From positions 166,610 to 230,609 of the forward strand of contig JAZDQA010000011.1 of the NCBI GenBank assembly GCA_043797085.1: DNA of 64,000 nucleotides. The letters are read 5' to 3'. The position numbers were made by a program, and so were the translations under genes. Source of the stretch: Pseudomonadota bacterium. GTDB lineage: Bacteria; Campylobacterota; Campylobacteria; Campylobacterales; Sulfurimonadaceae. The notes under the pieces are model-generated. The model had not been told where the DNA came from. It ran no database searches and worked only from the letters and a program-made list of their open reading frames with translations. Every line of letters starts with the position of its first letter. The stretch's first letter is position 1. Shown in pieces: positions 39,099-49,544 of this stretch.

Positions 39099-40147
39099 TG
39101 CGTTAGCCTTGTAATATCATTATAAAGTCCTAAAACCATAAGTCCCATCAACAAAACCCATCCGCCAATCGTGAGTTTTGTGATAACTTCTTCGCTGGGT
39201 GCTTTATGACGTATCATCTCATAGAGGTTAAACATGATATGCCCACCATCCAAAGCAGGGATGGGGAGGAGGTTAAGAACGCCGAGGTTTACCGAGATGA
39301 GGGCAGCAAAGAAGAACAGAGACATCCATCCATACGCCGTAGCATCAGCAGTAATTTGAACGATACTCACGACACCACCAACTTCTTTGGCAGGAACGAC
39401 TCCTGTGAGAAGTTTTTGAACACTTTGAAAAATAAGAAAAGAGGTTTCGTAGGTTTGCATTGAAGCATACTCTAGTGTCTCACTAAAACTAAGATGGAGC
39501 GTATGTGTAGCACCTGATGCGCCTATTCCTACCATCCGTTGTTGAATTTTCTCTTTAAAAATATTCGTGGCTTCCGTGATGCGAGGGGTGAGAGGGATGA
39601 AAAGCTGTGTTTCATTGCGCTCAACGGCGAATGTCAGAGTTCCAGTTGAGGATTTGATGGCATCAGAGATTTCATCCCATTGAGTAATCGCGGTACCGTT
39701 GATGGAGAGGATTTTATCATTGCTTTGGAGTCCCGCTTGTTGTGCAGGAGAATCTTTTAATACCGCTCCTATCACAGGTGAGAGTGCATGAGGACCTCCC
39801 AAAGCAATCGCGTAAAAAAGTACCCATGCAGTGAGAAAATTTGCCAGTGGACCTGCGAGGAGGATGATGATTCTTTGCCACGGTTTTTTGGAGTTATAGC
39901 TGTCGTTGTCACTGCTAATAGCGGTTGGGTCAAGGTCATCTTGCCCTTTCATTTTCACATAGCCGCCTAGTGGAATCGCGGAAATTTGCCATTGAGTTCC
40001 AAACGCTTTAAATGAGGCTAGTTTTTTCCCAAATCCGATGCTGAATACTTCGACGTAGACACCAAAAAAACGTGCGGCGCTGTAGTGTCCTAACTCGTGG
40101 AGAAAAATAAGAAGGGATAAAACTAAGAGTGCAACCATCCAACTCAT
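39095..40147 (-). CDS. rseP: RIP metalloprotease RseP
   Basis: HELGH, FSIGFG, PDZ domain, NLLPIPALDGGH. Confidence 0.95.
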   Translation of the reverse strand: MSWMVALLVLSLLIFLHELGHYSAARFFGVYVEVFSIGFGKKLASFKAFGTQWQISAIPLGGYVKMKGQDDLDPTAISSDNDSYNSKKPWQRIIILLAGPLANFLTAWVLFYAIALGGPHALSPVIGAVLKDSPAQQAGLQSNDKILSINGTAITQWDEISDAIKSSTGTLTFAVERNETQLFIPLTPRITEATNIFKEKIQQRMVGIGASGATHTLHLSFSETLEYASMQTYETSFLIFQSVQKLLTGVVPAKEVGGVVSIVQITADATAYGWMSLFFFAALISVNLGVLNLLPIPALDGGHIMFNLYEMIRHKAPSEEVITKLTIGGWVLLMGLMVLGLYNDITRLTQ

Positions 40148-40692
40148 TTTTTCTCCTTATAAGCTTTTGAAAATCCTACCAAATATTCACCGCCTGAGTA
40201 AAGCGTAATCGCAACCGCTGCCCATAACAAGTATGCACCACCTTGCCAATGCATCAATAAAAAGCCAATAGCAATCATTTGCATTACTGTTTTTATTTTA
40301 CCCATAAGAGAGGCACTGACATCTATTCCGATGGAGATTGAGAGTGTTCGAAGACTTGTGATAAACAACTCACGTACAATAATGAGATAAATCGCCCAAG
40401 CAGATGCCTCACCGCTCATCATCAGTCCTAAAAAAGCAGCCAGTGTGAGCATCTTATCCGCAAGAGGATCGAGTATTTGCCCGACGATAGTAATTTGATC
40501 GAGTTCACGAGCAATGTATCCATCAAAAAAGTCAGTCACACTGGCAATGACAAAAAGCAATGCGGCAGTATAGTAACTCCAAGATATGTGGTAACCCTGA
40601 TCGGTAAAAAGTTGTGGGTTAAGAATAACCCAAAACATCACGGGAGCGATTAGGAAGCGCGAAAATGCTAAAGTATTAGGGATATTAAACAC
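40144..40692 (-). CDS. pgsA: CDP-diacylglycerol--glycerol-3-phosphate 3-phosphatidyltransferase
   Basis: PNTL, TDFFDGYIAR...GQILDPLADK. Confidence 0.95.
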   Translation of the reverse strand: MFNIPNTLAFSRFLIAPVMFWVILNPQLFTDQGYHISWSYYTAALLFVIASVTDFFDGYIARELDQITIVGQILDPLADKMLTLAAFLGLMMSGEASAWAIYLIIVRELFITSLRTLSISIGIDVSASLMGKIKTVMQMIAIGFLLMHWQGGAYLLWAAVAITLYSGGEYLVGFSKAYKEKK

Positions 40693-40720
40693 TAAGTTTC
40701 CAATATGTGTATGATTTTAT

Positions 40721-40820
40721 AGAGAGGCGCAAGCGCCGTGAGCTTTCTACTGTAGACATTGTGCCCCCTGCGGGTAAAACACAGCGTTAACGTAGCTATC
40801 GGGACGAGTTCCGATGGCGT
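40721..40820. other. GC-rich multi-hairpin intergenic element (structured RNA or dispersed repeat)
   Basis: 56 of 100 bases G+C by hand count; at least five palindromic segments. Confidence 0.5.
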
Positions 40821-40825
40821 ATAAA

Positions 40826-41602
40826 TTATCTAAAAGTAGTTCCACCATCGACGACGATTGTTTGACCTGTAATCCAGCTTGCTTCTTCGGTACAAAGAAA
40901 ATAAACGGCTCCTGCAATATCATTAGGAGAACCCATTCGGTTCATTGCCGAACGTCGGATAGTCTCAGCTTTGACCTCTTCGTAGTTGGTGAATGCTTTG
41001 AGGGCATCGGTATCGATTGGACCGCCTGAAACGGCATTGACTCGAATATTCATTTCTCCAAGTTCGACAGCAGCATAACGGCTCATTGCTTCAACGGCTG
41101 CTTTGTTGGTTCCATGACCTGCGTAGTTTTCGATGTAGATGAGATTGCCTGTACTGGACATGGTGACGACTGCACCGCCGCCTACTTTTTCCATACGTTT
41201 AGCCGCTTCTTGTGTACCTACTACAAAAGCGTTTACAGTTGCAGTGTAAATATTGTTCAGTCCACGTGGTTTAAGACGCATAAATTTACCGTATCCCCCG
41301 ACAACCGGACGACCATAAATCATTGCATTGCTGACAAAAAAGTCTACACGATCGAAATCTGCATCGATGGCTTCGAAGAGAGGTTTAAATTCGTCTGTTT
41401 CCAAAATATTGAGAGGATAAGCACGTGCTTTGATCCCATATTTTGCTTCGAGCTCTTGTACTAAGACACCGGCTACTTCTGCATTGCTGTTGTATGTAAA
41501 TGCGATGTTAACACCATTTTGTGCAAATTTTTCAGCAATGGCTTGACCGATTCCTTTTGTGGCTCCGGTAATTACCAGTGTTTTGCCTTTCATATTCGTC
41601 AT
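40826..41602 (-). CDS. Short-chain dehydrogenase/reductase (FabL-like enoyl-ACP reductase family)
   Basis: TGATKGIG, NYAGHGTNKAA, VNAVSGGPIDT, VDGG. Confidence 0.88.
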   Translation of the reverse strand: MTNMKGKTLVITGATKGIGQAIAEKFAQNGVNIAFTYNSNAEVAGVLVQELEAKYGIKARAYPLNILETDEFKPLFEAIDADFDRVDFFVSNAMIYGRPVVGGYGKFMRLKPRGLNNIYTATVNAFVVGTQEAAKRMEKVGGGAVVTMSSTGNLIYIENYAGHGTNKAAVEAMSRYAAVELGEMNIRVNAVSGGPIDTDALKAFTNYEEVKAETIRRSAMNRMGSPNDIAGAVYFLCTEEASWITGQTIVVDGGTTFR

Positions 41603-42496
41603 TTATGCTCCTTGAATGGTGTAATTTTTCATGATCTCTTCGATCGTTTTTAGGTTGGCTGCGCTTGGTGCAACGAGAGGAAGGCGATATTCCAATGTGT
41701 CAATAAGCCCTGCAATGTACATAGCGGCTTTGATCATAACGGGATTGGATTCCAAAAAGAGGGCTTTATTGATAGGAAAAAGGGTGTCATTAATCGTTTT
41801 TGAACCTTTAAAATCACCTGCTAATGCTTTGGCAACCAACTGACTTTTTAAATCAGGTAATAGATTGGACGTCACTGACGTGATACCCGCACCTCCGCAG
41901 GCGAGTATTGCGTAATCAATCGCATCATCTCCTGAAAATACTTTGAGTTCTGGTCGTCGTGAAAGCAGCTCGATGGTACGCTCTATACTGCCGGTTGCTT
42001 CTTTGATGCCGTAAATGTTTTCCACATCATCAAAGAGTCGTATAACGGTATCGGCGCTGATATCAACCACGGTTCTTCCAGGGACGTTGTAAAGCATAAA
42101 GGGAACTTCAGGAACAGAGAGCGCAATGGCTTTATAGTGCTGATAAAGTCCTTCCTGCGAAGGTTTGTTGTAATACGGAGCAACAGAAAAGATGGCATCA
42201 ACACCACATTCTTGTGCTGTTTTGGCTGCTTCTATTGCTTCTGCAGTCGAGTTGCTTCCTGCACCGGCTAAAACTTTTGTTCGCGTTCCACGACAGACTT
42301 CGACGGCAATTTCAATGCATCGTCTGTCTTCGTCGTAGGTTAGTGTTGCACTCTCTCCGGTTGTTCCGACGGGACAAACGGCATCAATACCATTGTTGAT
42401 TTGTCTTTTGATTAAGTCTGCATATTTTTGTTCGTCTAATTTTCCATTTTTAAATGGCGTTATAAGTGCGGTTGTTGAACCGGTTACGATGTTCAT
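41603..42496 (-). CDS. dapA: 4-hydroxy-tetrahydrodipicolinate synthase
   Basis: GTTGESATL, PYYNKP, YNVPGRT, GIKEA. Confidence 0.97.
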   Translation of the reverse strand: MNIVTGSTTALITPFKNGKLDEQKYADLIKRQINNGIDAVCPVGTTGESATLTYDEDRRCIEIAVEVCRGTRTKVLAGAGSNSTAEAIEAAKTAQECGVDAIFSVAPYYNKPSQEGLYQHYKAIALSVPEVPFMLYNVPGRTVVDISADTVIRLFDDVENIYGIKEATGSIERTIELLSRRPELKVFSGDDAIDYAILACGGAGITSVTSNLLPDLKSQLVAKALAGDFKGSKTINDTLFPINKALFLESNPVMIKAAMYIAGLIDTLEYRLPLVAPSAANLKTIEEIMKNYTIQGA

Positions 42497-43794
42497 TTTT
42501 CACCTTTTCGTAAAATAATGGTTGTGGATGCAGCAGGGTTAAAATAACGTTTTGCCATCTCTTGAATATCTTTGGAGGTAAGGGCTTTGATGGAATCTTC
42601 ATACCGCTCCAATGGGGCAAGGTCTCCGCGTGCCAAGTAGCCTCCAAAAAGTTCTGCTACGGAGGTAGAACTTTCAAGTGAATAGATAAAATCAGATTTC
42701 GTACTGATTTTGATTTTATCCAGCTCGCTTTGTTTTACCCCGTTTTTTTGAAGCTTTGCGATCTCTTTCCAAATTTCTTTTTCGATTTTTTCAGCTGTTA
42801 CCCCTTTGTTGGCAATCGCTAAAAATAAAAATACACCCGGATCGATGGTCTCCATATTGTACGCATGGATTTGGTTGACCAGTCGTTTTTCATCTACGAG
42901 GGTGCGGTACAATCGTGAGCTTTTGCCGGAACTTAGCAACTCGCTGATGGCTGAAAGTTTCGGTTGGTCTGCATGCTGAAAATTCGGAATAGGGAATGAG
43001 ATAGCAATCATCTCTACTTCGCTCTCTTTGTGAACTTCGACACGGCGTGCACCGTCTTGTTCAGGTTCGATGGTTTTGACCGTAGGAATATCAACGGTAT
43101 TGGCAATCGCGCCGAAATGTTTTTGGGCTTCTTTAAAGACATCTGCTGCTTTAATATCACCTGTTACGACTAAAATTGCATTTTTTGGCTGATAATAGGT
43201 CGCATGAAACTTTTGAATGTCTTCTAACGTCCATGTTTGAATATCGTTCATAAATCCAATCGGTGTCCAGTGATATGGGTGATAGACGTAGGCGCTGTTA
43301 AAAAGACGGAAATACAAATACCCCATCGGATTGTTATCCGTTCTCCATCGGCGCTCTTCAGCAACAACGTTACGCTCTGGCTGAAATTCTTCATCTTTTA
43401 GGTTTAGATTTTGCATCAGTTCCGCGAAAAGAGTCATAGACTTTTCCATATTTTCACTGCTGGATTTGATGTAATAGTGAGTATGGTCAAATCCGGTGGA
43501 AGCATTGTTCATGCCTCCGATACTTTTAACCTCTTCATCAAATTCGCCTGCTTTGAGGTTTTTGGTGGATTTGAAATTCATGTGCTCAAGCATGTGGGCT
43601 ATCCCGCTTTTGCCCATTACTTCGTTTCGGCTTCCTACTTTGTAAAAAATATCAGTTGAAATAACATTGGAGTTGTTTTCCATAGGAATAGCGACGACTT
43701 GCAGTCCGTTTGTCAGTGTTTTCGTTTCATAGTGAGGCAATGATGAGGCCATAAGGGTTCCTAGTGTAAAAAATAGTACAGCGAGCGATTTCAT
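42493..43794 (-). CDS. M16-family zinc protease (exported)
   Basis: Signal peptide, GIAHMLEHMNFK (HxxEH), NAST, PYHWTPIG. Confidence 0.93.
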   Translation of the reverse strand: MKSLAVLFFTLGTLMASSLPHYETKTLTNGLQVVAIPMENNSNVISTDIFYKVGSRNEVMGKSGIAHMLEHMNFKSTKNLKAGEFDEEVKSIGGMNNASTGFDHTHYYIKSSSENMEKSMTLFAELMQNLNLKDEEFQPERNVVAEERRWRTDNNPMGYLYFRLFNSAYVYHPYHWTPIGFMNDIQTWTLEDIQKFHATYYQPKNAILVVTGDIKAADVFKEAQKHFGAIANTVDIPTVKTIEPEQDGARRVEVHKESEVEMIAISFPIPNFQHADQPKLSAISELLSSGKSSRLYRTLVDEKRLVNQIHAYNMETIDPGVFLFLAIANKGVTAEKIEKEIWKEIAKLQKNGVKQSELDKIKISTKSDFIYSLESSTSVAELFGGYLARGDLAPLERYEDSIKALTSKDIQEMAKRYFNPAASTTIILRKGEK

Positions 43795-44849
43795 GCTCGA
43801 TCAGCACCTATAGCTTCTGAGATTGAAGTGTAGCCATCGTTCGCGATAAGGGCGATAAGACCGTTGTTGATCTCTTCGACTACTTCAGGTCCTTTGAAAA
43901 TCAGGGAAGTATAAAGCTGAATCAATGAAGCCCCTGCACGGATTCGGCGATAGGCTTCTTCGGGTGTACTGATACCGCCTACGCTGATGAGGGTGGCTTT
44001 TCCAAAAAGTTCTCGCGCGATGGCGTCAAAAATATAAAAACTGCGTTCTCTCAGTACTTCTCCGCTCAATCCCCCAATCTCTTCAGGATCACTTACGAGA
44101 GAATAGTCAATGGTAGTATTGGTGGCAATGATCCCATCCGCACCACTTTCCACTGCATGAGCACATAGACTGACGGCCTGGTCTTCGGACATATCCGGAG
44201 CGATTTTAAGTAAAATCGGTTTGGACGTGATGGCTTTGGCTTCTGTAAAAAGTTGAGAAATAAAGGCTTCATTCTGTAAGTCACGAAGTCCCGGCGTATT
44301 AGGTGAAGAGATATTAATCACCATATAATCAGCGTACTCATGCAATGCTTTGATAAGGGTTGTGTAATCTTTTAGAGCATTTTCTTCGGACGTTGTTTTA
44401 TTTTTACCGATATTAACACCGATGGGGGCGCTGAATGGGTAAATATTTTTGAGGCGGTGGCTGATACGAAATAGTCCATCGTTATTGAAACCCATAGCAT
44501 TTTGGATTGATTCTTCTTCGATGTGTCTCCAAAGACGAGGACGAGGATTCCCCTCTTGAGGCTTAGGAGTAAGAGTACCGATTTCACTGTATCCAAAGCC
44601 TAGAGCAAGAGATGCCGGAATCATCGTGGCATTTTTATCAAATCCAGCCGCCAAACCAACGGGATTAAGAAAAGTACGTCCGAAAAGCTCTTGGGTAAGA
44701 GAAGGATGAGAAATAAAGTTTCTGGCAATCATAGGGTTAAAAAGAGGAGGACAATAGCTCGCTCCCCGTAATACAAGTTCCCCTAGAGTATGAGCCGTTT
44801 CGGGTTGAAATTTAAATAACCATGGTTTTAACGTTTCGTAATCGAACAT
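43791..44849 (-). CDS. pyrD: Quinone-dependent dihydroorotate dehydrogenase
   Basis: GLAAGFDKN, GNPRPR, NISSPNTPGLR, KIAPD, GGLSG; ATG 44849 preferred. Confidence 0.96.
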   Translation of the reverse strand: MFDYETLKPWLFKFQPETAHTLGELVLRGASYCPPLFNPMIARNFISHPSLTQELFGRTFLNPVGLAAGFDKNATMIPASLALGFGYSEIGTLTPKPQEGNPRPRLWRHIEEESIQNAMGFNNDGLFRISHRLKNIYPFSAPIGVNIGKNKTTSEENALKDYTTLIKALHEYADYMVINISSPNTPGLRDLQNEAFISQLFTEAKAITSKPILLKIAPDMSEDQAVSLCAHAVESGADGIIATNTTIDYSLVSDPEEIGGLSGEVLRERSFYIFDAIARELFGKATLISVGGISTPEEAYRRIRAGASLIQLYTSLIFKGPEVVEEINNGLIALIANDGYTSISEAIGADRA

Positions 44850-44930
44850 TGTGCCCCTACCTAACAAAAGAGTAAATAATAGTGATTATACTCAAAAAAA
44901 GGTTAGACTTCATTTAGATTCCAGTGTTCT

Positions 44931-46652
44931 CTACGATGAAGCTTCCATTTTTCCTGCGAGTCGGCGGTAATTTTCAGATGTTTCTAACAGTTGAAGGTGT
45001 GAGCCTCGTGCGATAATCTCTCCTGAATCAAAGTATAAAATGACATCGGCATGTTCAATCGTGCTGAGTCTGTGGGCGATAATAATGGTGATTTTATCTT
45101 TGGCGTAACTCTCTAGGGCACTTTGGATTCGTTTTTCACTTTCATTATCGAGTGCGCTTGTGGCTTCGTCTAAAATAAGCAATGAAGCATGTTTATAGAC
45201 GGCACGGGCTATTGCGATGCGTTGACGCTGACCACCTGAAAGATTGACACCAAACTCTTGCATCACGGTATGAATTCCATCGGGAAGTTCATTGACGAAA
45301 TCGAGGGCATCTGCGATCTTTAAAGCATTGAGTACTTGTTCTTCGTCCACTTCGGCACCGTAGGCAACATTGGCGGCTAATGTGTCTTGGAAGATATACA
45401 CGCGTTGAGAAACGGCTGCAATTTGATGACGAAGAGAGTTTTGAGTGTAATTTTTAAGATTTTGGTTGTTAATACGTATATTTCCTTCATCAGGGTCATA
45501 AAAGCGTAAAAGAAGGTTGATAAGAGAGCTTTTGCCTCCACCGCTTTGACCGATGAGGGCAATGGTCTGTCCTTTTGAAATGGTTAAATTTAGATTGGAC
45601 AAAGCGGCTTTTTCGCCAAAATTGAGGGTGACATTGTCGAAATCTACCTGAGTGATGGGTTCGCTTAGGGAAACAGGACCGTCTTTAATGGAGTTATCCA
45701 AATCGAAAATGTGAAATACTCGTTCACTGGCAGCTTGGGCATCTTGGATTTTACTGTAGATAGCACTGACACGGCGAAGAGGTTGAAAGACCAAACCAAT
45801 AGCCGTTAAAAAAGCGGTAAATTCTCCAACACTCATAGCACCCGAATAAACCTGTTGCCCGCCGATAAAGATCACAGCGGCAAGACCTATGGAAGCTATC
45901 ATCTCCATGATCGGCGATACCAGTTCACCGGTATAGGTTGCTTTCATGTTGAGTTTAAAAAAATGATCATTTTCATCTTTGAATCGTCGCATTTCGTAGT
46001 CTTCGGTTGCATTAGCTTTGATGATTTCACTGTTATTGAAAACTTCGGTGAGACGGGTCATGAGATCAGCATTCTTTTCTTGAGAACGGTGAGAGAGTTT
46101 TTTGAGCCGTCGAGTGATTTTAATGAGAGGAAACACGACAACAGGCATGACAAAGAGTGCCCAAAATGCCAACGTTGCATTGAGATATATGACGTAAGCG
46201 ACCAAGGCGATAACGGTGAAACTTTCCTGCACCAATTCAGGGAGCATTTTGGAGACAAAGTACTGTACCCGTGCGATGTCATTGGTAATGCGTGAGATAA
46301 GCTCACCGCTTCGGTTAATGTAGAGAAACTGCATGTCCATATAGACCATTTTAGAGAGCAAATCTTCACGAAGACGGGAAACAATATGCATTCCGATGTA
46401 CGTGGTAAAAATAGACTGAATGTAGCGTCCAATGGACTTTAGCGTATAAATCCCTATTAACAAAGCCGGGATAATGTAGAGCATTCCGGGTTCTTTCTTA
46501 ATGAACATATTGTCCATAAGCGGTTGCATAATATGGGCTGTTCCGGCGGTTGCAGTAACGGTCAGGACTATCCCGATCAGAACCATAAAATATTGAAATT
46601 TGTAGCCTTTGATATAAGGCCAGTAGCGTTTATAAGTATCTTGAAATTTCAA
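44931..46652 (-). CDS. msbA: MsbA-like ABC exporter (lipid A flippase)
   Basis: Transmembrane domain plus ATPase (GQSGGGKS, LSGGQRQR, DEATSALD, IAHR); TTG 46652 overlaps the cysS stop. Confidence 0.85.
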   Translation of the reverse strand: MKFQDTYKRYWPYIKGYKFQYFMVLIGIVLTVTATAGTAHIMQPLMDNMFIKKEPGMLYIIPALLIGIYTLKSIGRYIQSIFTTYIGMHIVSRLREDLLSKMVYMDMQFLYINRSGELISRITNDIARVQYFVSKMLPELVQESFTVIALVAYVIYLNATLAFWALFVMPVVVFPLIKITRRLKKLSHRSQEKNADLMTRLTEVFNNSEIIKANATEDYEMRRFKDENDHFFKLNMKATYTGELVSPIMEMIASIGLAAVIFIGGQQVYSGAMSVGEFTAFLTAIGLVFQPLRRVSAIYSKIQDAQAASERVFHIFDLDNSIKDGPVSLSEPITQVDFDNVTLNFGEKAALSNLNLTISKGQTIALIGQSGGGKSSLINLLLRFYDPDEGNIRINNQNLKNYTQNSLRHQIAAVSQRVYIFQDTLAANVAYGAEVDEEQVLNALKIADALDFVNELPDGIHTVMQEFGVNLSGGQRQRIAIARAVYKHASLLILDEATSALDNESEKRIQSALESYAKDKITIIIAHRLSTIEHADVILYFDSGEIIARGSHLQLLETSENYRRLAGKMEASS

Positions 46653-48046
46653 TCTCGACTCTCCCAAAAGGTTCCCTGAGGCGTATCCATAATGGATATT
46701 CCTAATGCGGCAAGCTCATCACGAATTGCATCCGACGTTGCGAAATCTTTTTCTTTTTTGGCAATATTACGTTGAGTAACAAGATTGTTAATTTTTATTT
46801 TAACCGCTTCACCTAATCCAAATTGAAAATATTCAAAAGGATTTTGCCCTCCAAATCCCAATACAGTCTCAATGAAAGATAAGGATGAGAGGAGCGATTG
46901 ACGATATCCTTTGTCTTTAGGATTGGTATCAAGCGTATCGTTGGCAGTTGATATGAGTTCATCAATGAGTGCATACGCTTTTGAAACGTTCAAATCATCA
47001 TTCAAAACTTCTAAAAGAGCGGCGTTGAAATCGGTTTTGATTTCAGGGGCATCCAGACTAAAAAGTCTTTTTTTAAGACGGTAGAGGCGATCGAGCCTTT
47101 TTTTGGAGGCTATGAGGTCTTCTTCATTAAAATTAAAATCACCTCGGTAATGGGTGCTGGTGAGATAAAAACGGAGCACTTCACCGTCGTAGACTTTTAG
47201 AGCATCTTTGAGGAAGAAACTGTTTCCTAAACTTTTGGACATTTTCTCACCGTCAATGGTGACAAAACCGTTGTGCATCCAGTAGGCTGCGAGTTCATGG
47301 TTCGTAGCACAGCGTGTTTGGGCTGCTTCATTTTCATGATGAGGAAAGAGTAGGTCGGCGCCACCGCCATGTATATCTATGGCGTATTGCCCTTCACCCT
47401 GACGTACATACCGCTCAATCATCGCCGAACACTCTAGATGCCATCCCGGACGACCACGCCCAAACGGAGAGTCAAATGCGACACTTTCATCATGAACCGC
47501 TTTCCATAAAGCAAAATCGGCTTCGGAACGTTTTTCGCTCACTTTTTCGACACGGCTGACATTTTCATTGCTTTGGCGGTTGGAGAGACTGAGGTAGTTT
47601 TTATCGCTGGCGGTATCAAAATAGATGTCACCATTGCTGATAATATAGGCATGTTTTTTATCAAGGAGTTTTTGGATCATCTCAGCCATTGCGTCGATGG
47701 ATTCGGTCGCTTTTGGCTCAAGTGTCGGAGGACGAATTCCTATGGCATTCATATCTCGATGGTAGGCGGCAGTATAGACAGTGGCAATCTCATTGGTCGT
47801 TACACCCAGTTCCAGTGCTTTGTTGATGATTTTATCGTCAATATCGGTAATGTTGCGTGCATACGTCACTTCATATCCATCTGCTTCTAATACACGTCGT
47901 AAGAGATCGAATACCAGTGCACTTTTAGCGTGTCCTAAATGAGCGTCATCATAAACAGTTGGTCCGCAAACATAAAGCGAAACTTTGCCTTCAATAAGTG
48001 ATTTAAATTCTAGTTTTGTTTTTTTCACGCTGTCATAAATAAACAT
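46649..48046 (-). CDS. cysS: Cysteine--tRNA ligase
   Basis: YVCGPTVY, HLGH, PGWHLECS, KMSKS. Confidence 0.98.
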   Translation of the reverse strand: MFIYDSVKKTKLEFKSLIEGKVSLYVCGPTVYDDAHLGHAKSALVFDLLRRVLEADGYEVTYARNITDIDDKIINKALELGVTTNEIATVYTAAYHRDMNAIGIRPPTLEPKATESIDAMAEMIQKLLDKKHAYIISNGDIYFDTASDKNYLSLSNRQSNENVSRVEKVSEKRSEADFALWKAVHDESVAFDSPFGRGRPGWHLECSAMIERYVRQGEGQYAIDIHGGGADLLFPHHENEAAQTRCATNHELAAYWMHNGFVTIDGEKMSKSLGNSFFLKDALKVYDGEVLRFYLTSTHYRGDFNFNEEDLIASKKRLDRLYRLKKRLFSLDAPEIKTDFNAALLEVLNDDLNVSKAYALIDELISTANDTLDTNPKDKGYRQSLLSSLSFIETVLGFGGQNPFEYFQFGLGEAVKIKINNLVTQRNIAKKEKDFATSDAIRDELAALGISIMDTPQGTFWESRD

Positions 48047-48056
48047 AGGCTCTCTT

Positions 48057-49460
48057 TTATCGTATTAGGTTCAGTAAAAAATGATTTAGATTGTAAAATA
48101 ATACCCCAAAAGTGCCTACTCCAAGGATAAAATAGAAACTGTATCTGGTTTTTAGCAGATTCAATACGATTCCCCATCCTATTTCTCTGGCGGTTAGAAT
48201 AAGCTGTACTGCCCCGCCGATACTCCCTGCCAAGGCTAATCCGGCCGCTCCCATAGGATTCATGAGAAGCAGAGAAAAAATGACGTTAATGATAAGAGAT
48301 ACTCCGGCTATTTTGGCTGCTTTAAGGTGCTTGTGCATGGCGTATAAATACAAAGAAAAAAGCTTTGCCAATCCAAAAGGGATCAGTCCGACCATATACA
48401 TTATTAAAACATCTGCCGTATTGTGCGTGTCTTGTATCGTGAAATTGCCTCTCTCAAATAACAGCCAGATGATAGGTTCCGCTAAAAGCATTCCCCCCAA
48501 AACGGATAGCCCTAACAAAGCACTCAGTAGCCAAAACGATTTGTGTAGATTTTTATAGGCGAGGGTCAGGTTTTCATTTTTGATTGCTTTGGCGATAGTG
48601 GGAAACAAGGCGGTGGTGATGGCAAGAGCGATGATGGCAAACGGGAGCTGAAACACACGGTTGGCATAAAAAAGATACGAGACAGAGCCAGCAGCTAAAA
48701 ATGAAGCCAAACTGGTGTCAATAAATGAGGCAATCTGTGCCGTAGAGTTCCCCAAAAGTGAAGGAAAAAAGAGGGATTTGAATTTAGACTCTTCGACTTT
48801 TACATCTTTGGTTTTACGGTGTTTCCATCCTCCGATGAGAATTTTTAACAGCCCTTTTTGACGAATCACATAAAGATGGGTAGCAACTTGAAATAACCCG
48901 CCAATGAGAATCGAAAAACTCAGAGCGTAAACGATGGTTTTCGGATCGCTTTTACTAAAAAGAAGCAAAGCTGTAATCATGGCAATATTGAGCCAAACGG
49001 TCGAAAAAGCGGTCGTAAAAAAATGTTCTTTGTGTTGCAGCAGCGTCCCTAAAAAGGTGACGATAAAGATAAGATCCAAGTACCAGAAATTAATCATTGT
49101 AAGGGGTGCCGTTTTGCTAATGAGATCCTGACCCCAATCCCACGCTAAAAGTTTCGTAAAAAATTCAGGGAATAGGGTGACTAAAAATGAGAGGAAAACG
49201 ATAAACGCCATAAAACGGATAAATATGGCTACGGCAAAGACACTTTTTTGATTGGAGGCGATGTACGAGGGCATGAAACTTTGGGTAAACGAACCCTCTG
49301 CGAAGATACGGCGAAAGAGATTCGGGAATTTAAACGCCATTAAAAAAATATCGCTCCACATATTCGCACCCAAAACAGAGGTCATCAAAATATCTCTGCC
49401 TAAACCTGAGACACGTGAGATGAGGATACCAAAAGAGTTGGAAAATACGGATTTAAACAT
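48057..49460 (-). CDS. murJ: Lipid II flippase MurJ
   Basis: SRVSGLGRD, PNLFRRIFAEG, YANRVFQLP, LFERGNF. Confidence 0.96.
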   Translation of the reverse strand: MFKSVFSNSFGILISRVSGLGRDILMTSVLGANMWSDIFLMAFKFPNLFRRIFAEGSFTQSFMPSYIASNQKSVFAVAIFIRFMAFIVFLSFLVTLFPEFFTKLLAWDWGQDLISKTAPLTMINFWYLDLIFIVTFLGTLLQHKEHFFTTAFSTVWLNIAMITALLLFSKSDPKTIVYALSFSILIGGLFQVATHLYVIRQKGLLKILIGGWKHRKTKDVKVEESKFKSLFFPSLLGNSTAQIASFIDTSLASFLAAGSVSYLFYANRVFQLPFAIIALAITTALFPTIAKAIKNENLTLAYKNLHKSFWLLSALLGLSVLGGMLLAEPIIWLLFERGNFTIQDTHNTADVLIMYMVGLIPFGLAKLFSLYLYAMHKHLKAAKIAGVSLIINVIFSLLLMNPMGAAGLALAGSIGGAVQLILTAREIGWGIVLNLLKTRYSFYFILGVGTFGVLFYNLNHFLLNLIR

Positions 49461-49479
49461 AGATTAGAAGACCGTTTTT

Positions 49480-49506
49480 TAAAATTTACGTAAGTTTAAC
49501 CGATAT
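49480..49506 (+). promoter_or_regulatory. Putative sigma28 (FliA) promoter
   Basis: TAAA-N15-ACCGATAT, ending 38 nt before ATG 49545. Confidence 0.5.
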
Positions 49507-49544
49507 GTGATTAAAATAGCTAATTATTTAAATGGGGGGCTTAG

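Noticed and set aside
45855..46432. 146-aa and 124-aa alternative-frame ORFs in msbA
   Set aside because: Fully nested in a conserved gene, no motifs; the same applies to the other nested short ORFs in gltB, uvrA, polA and similar genes
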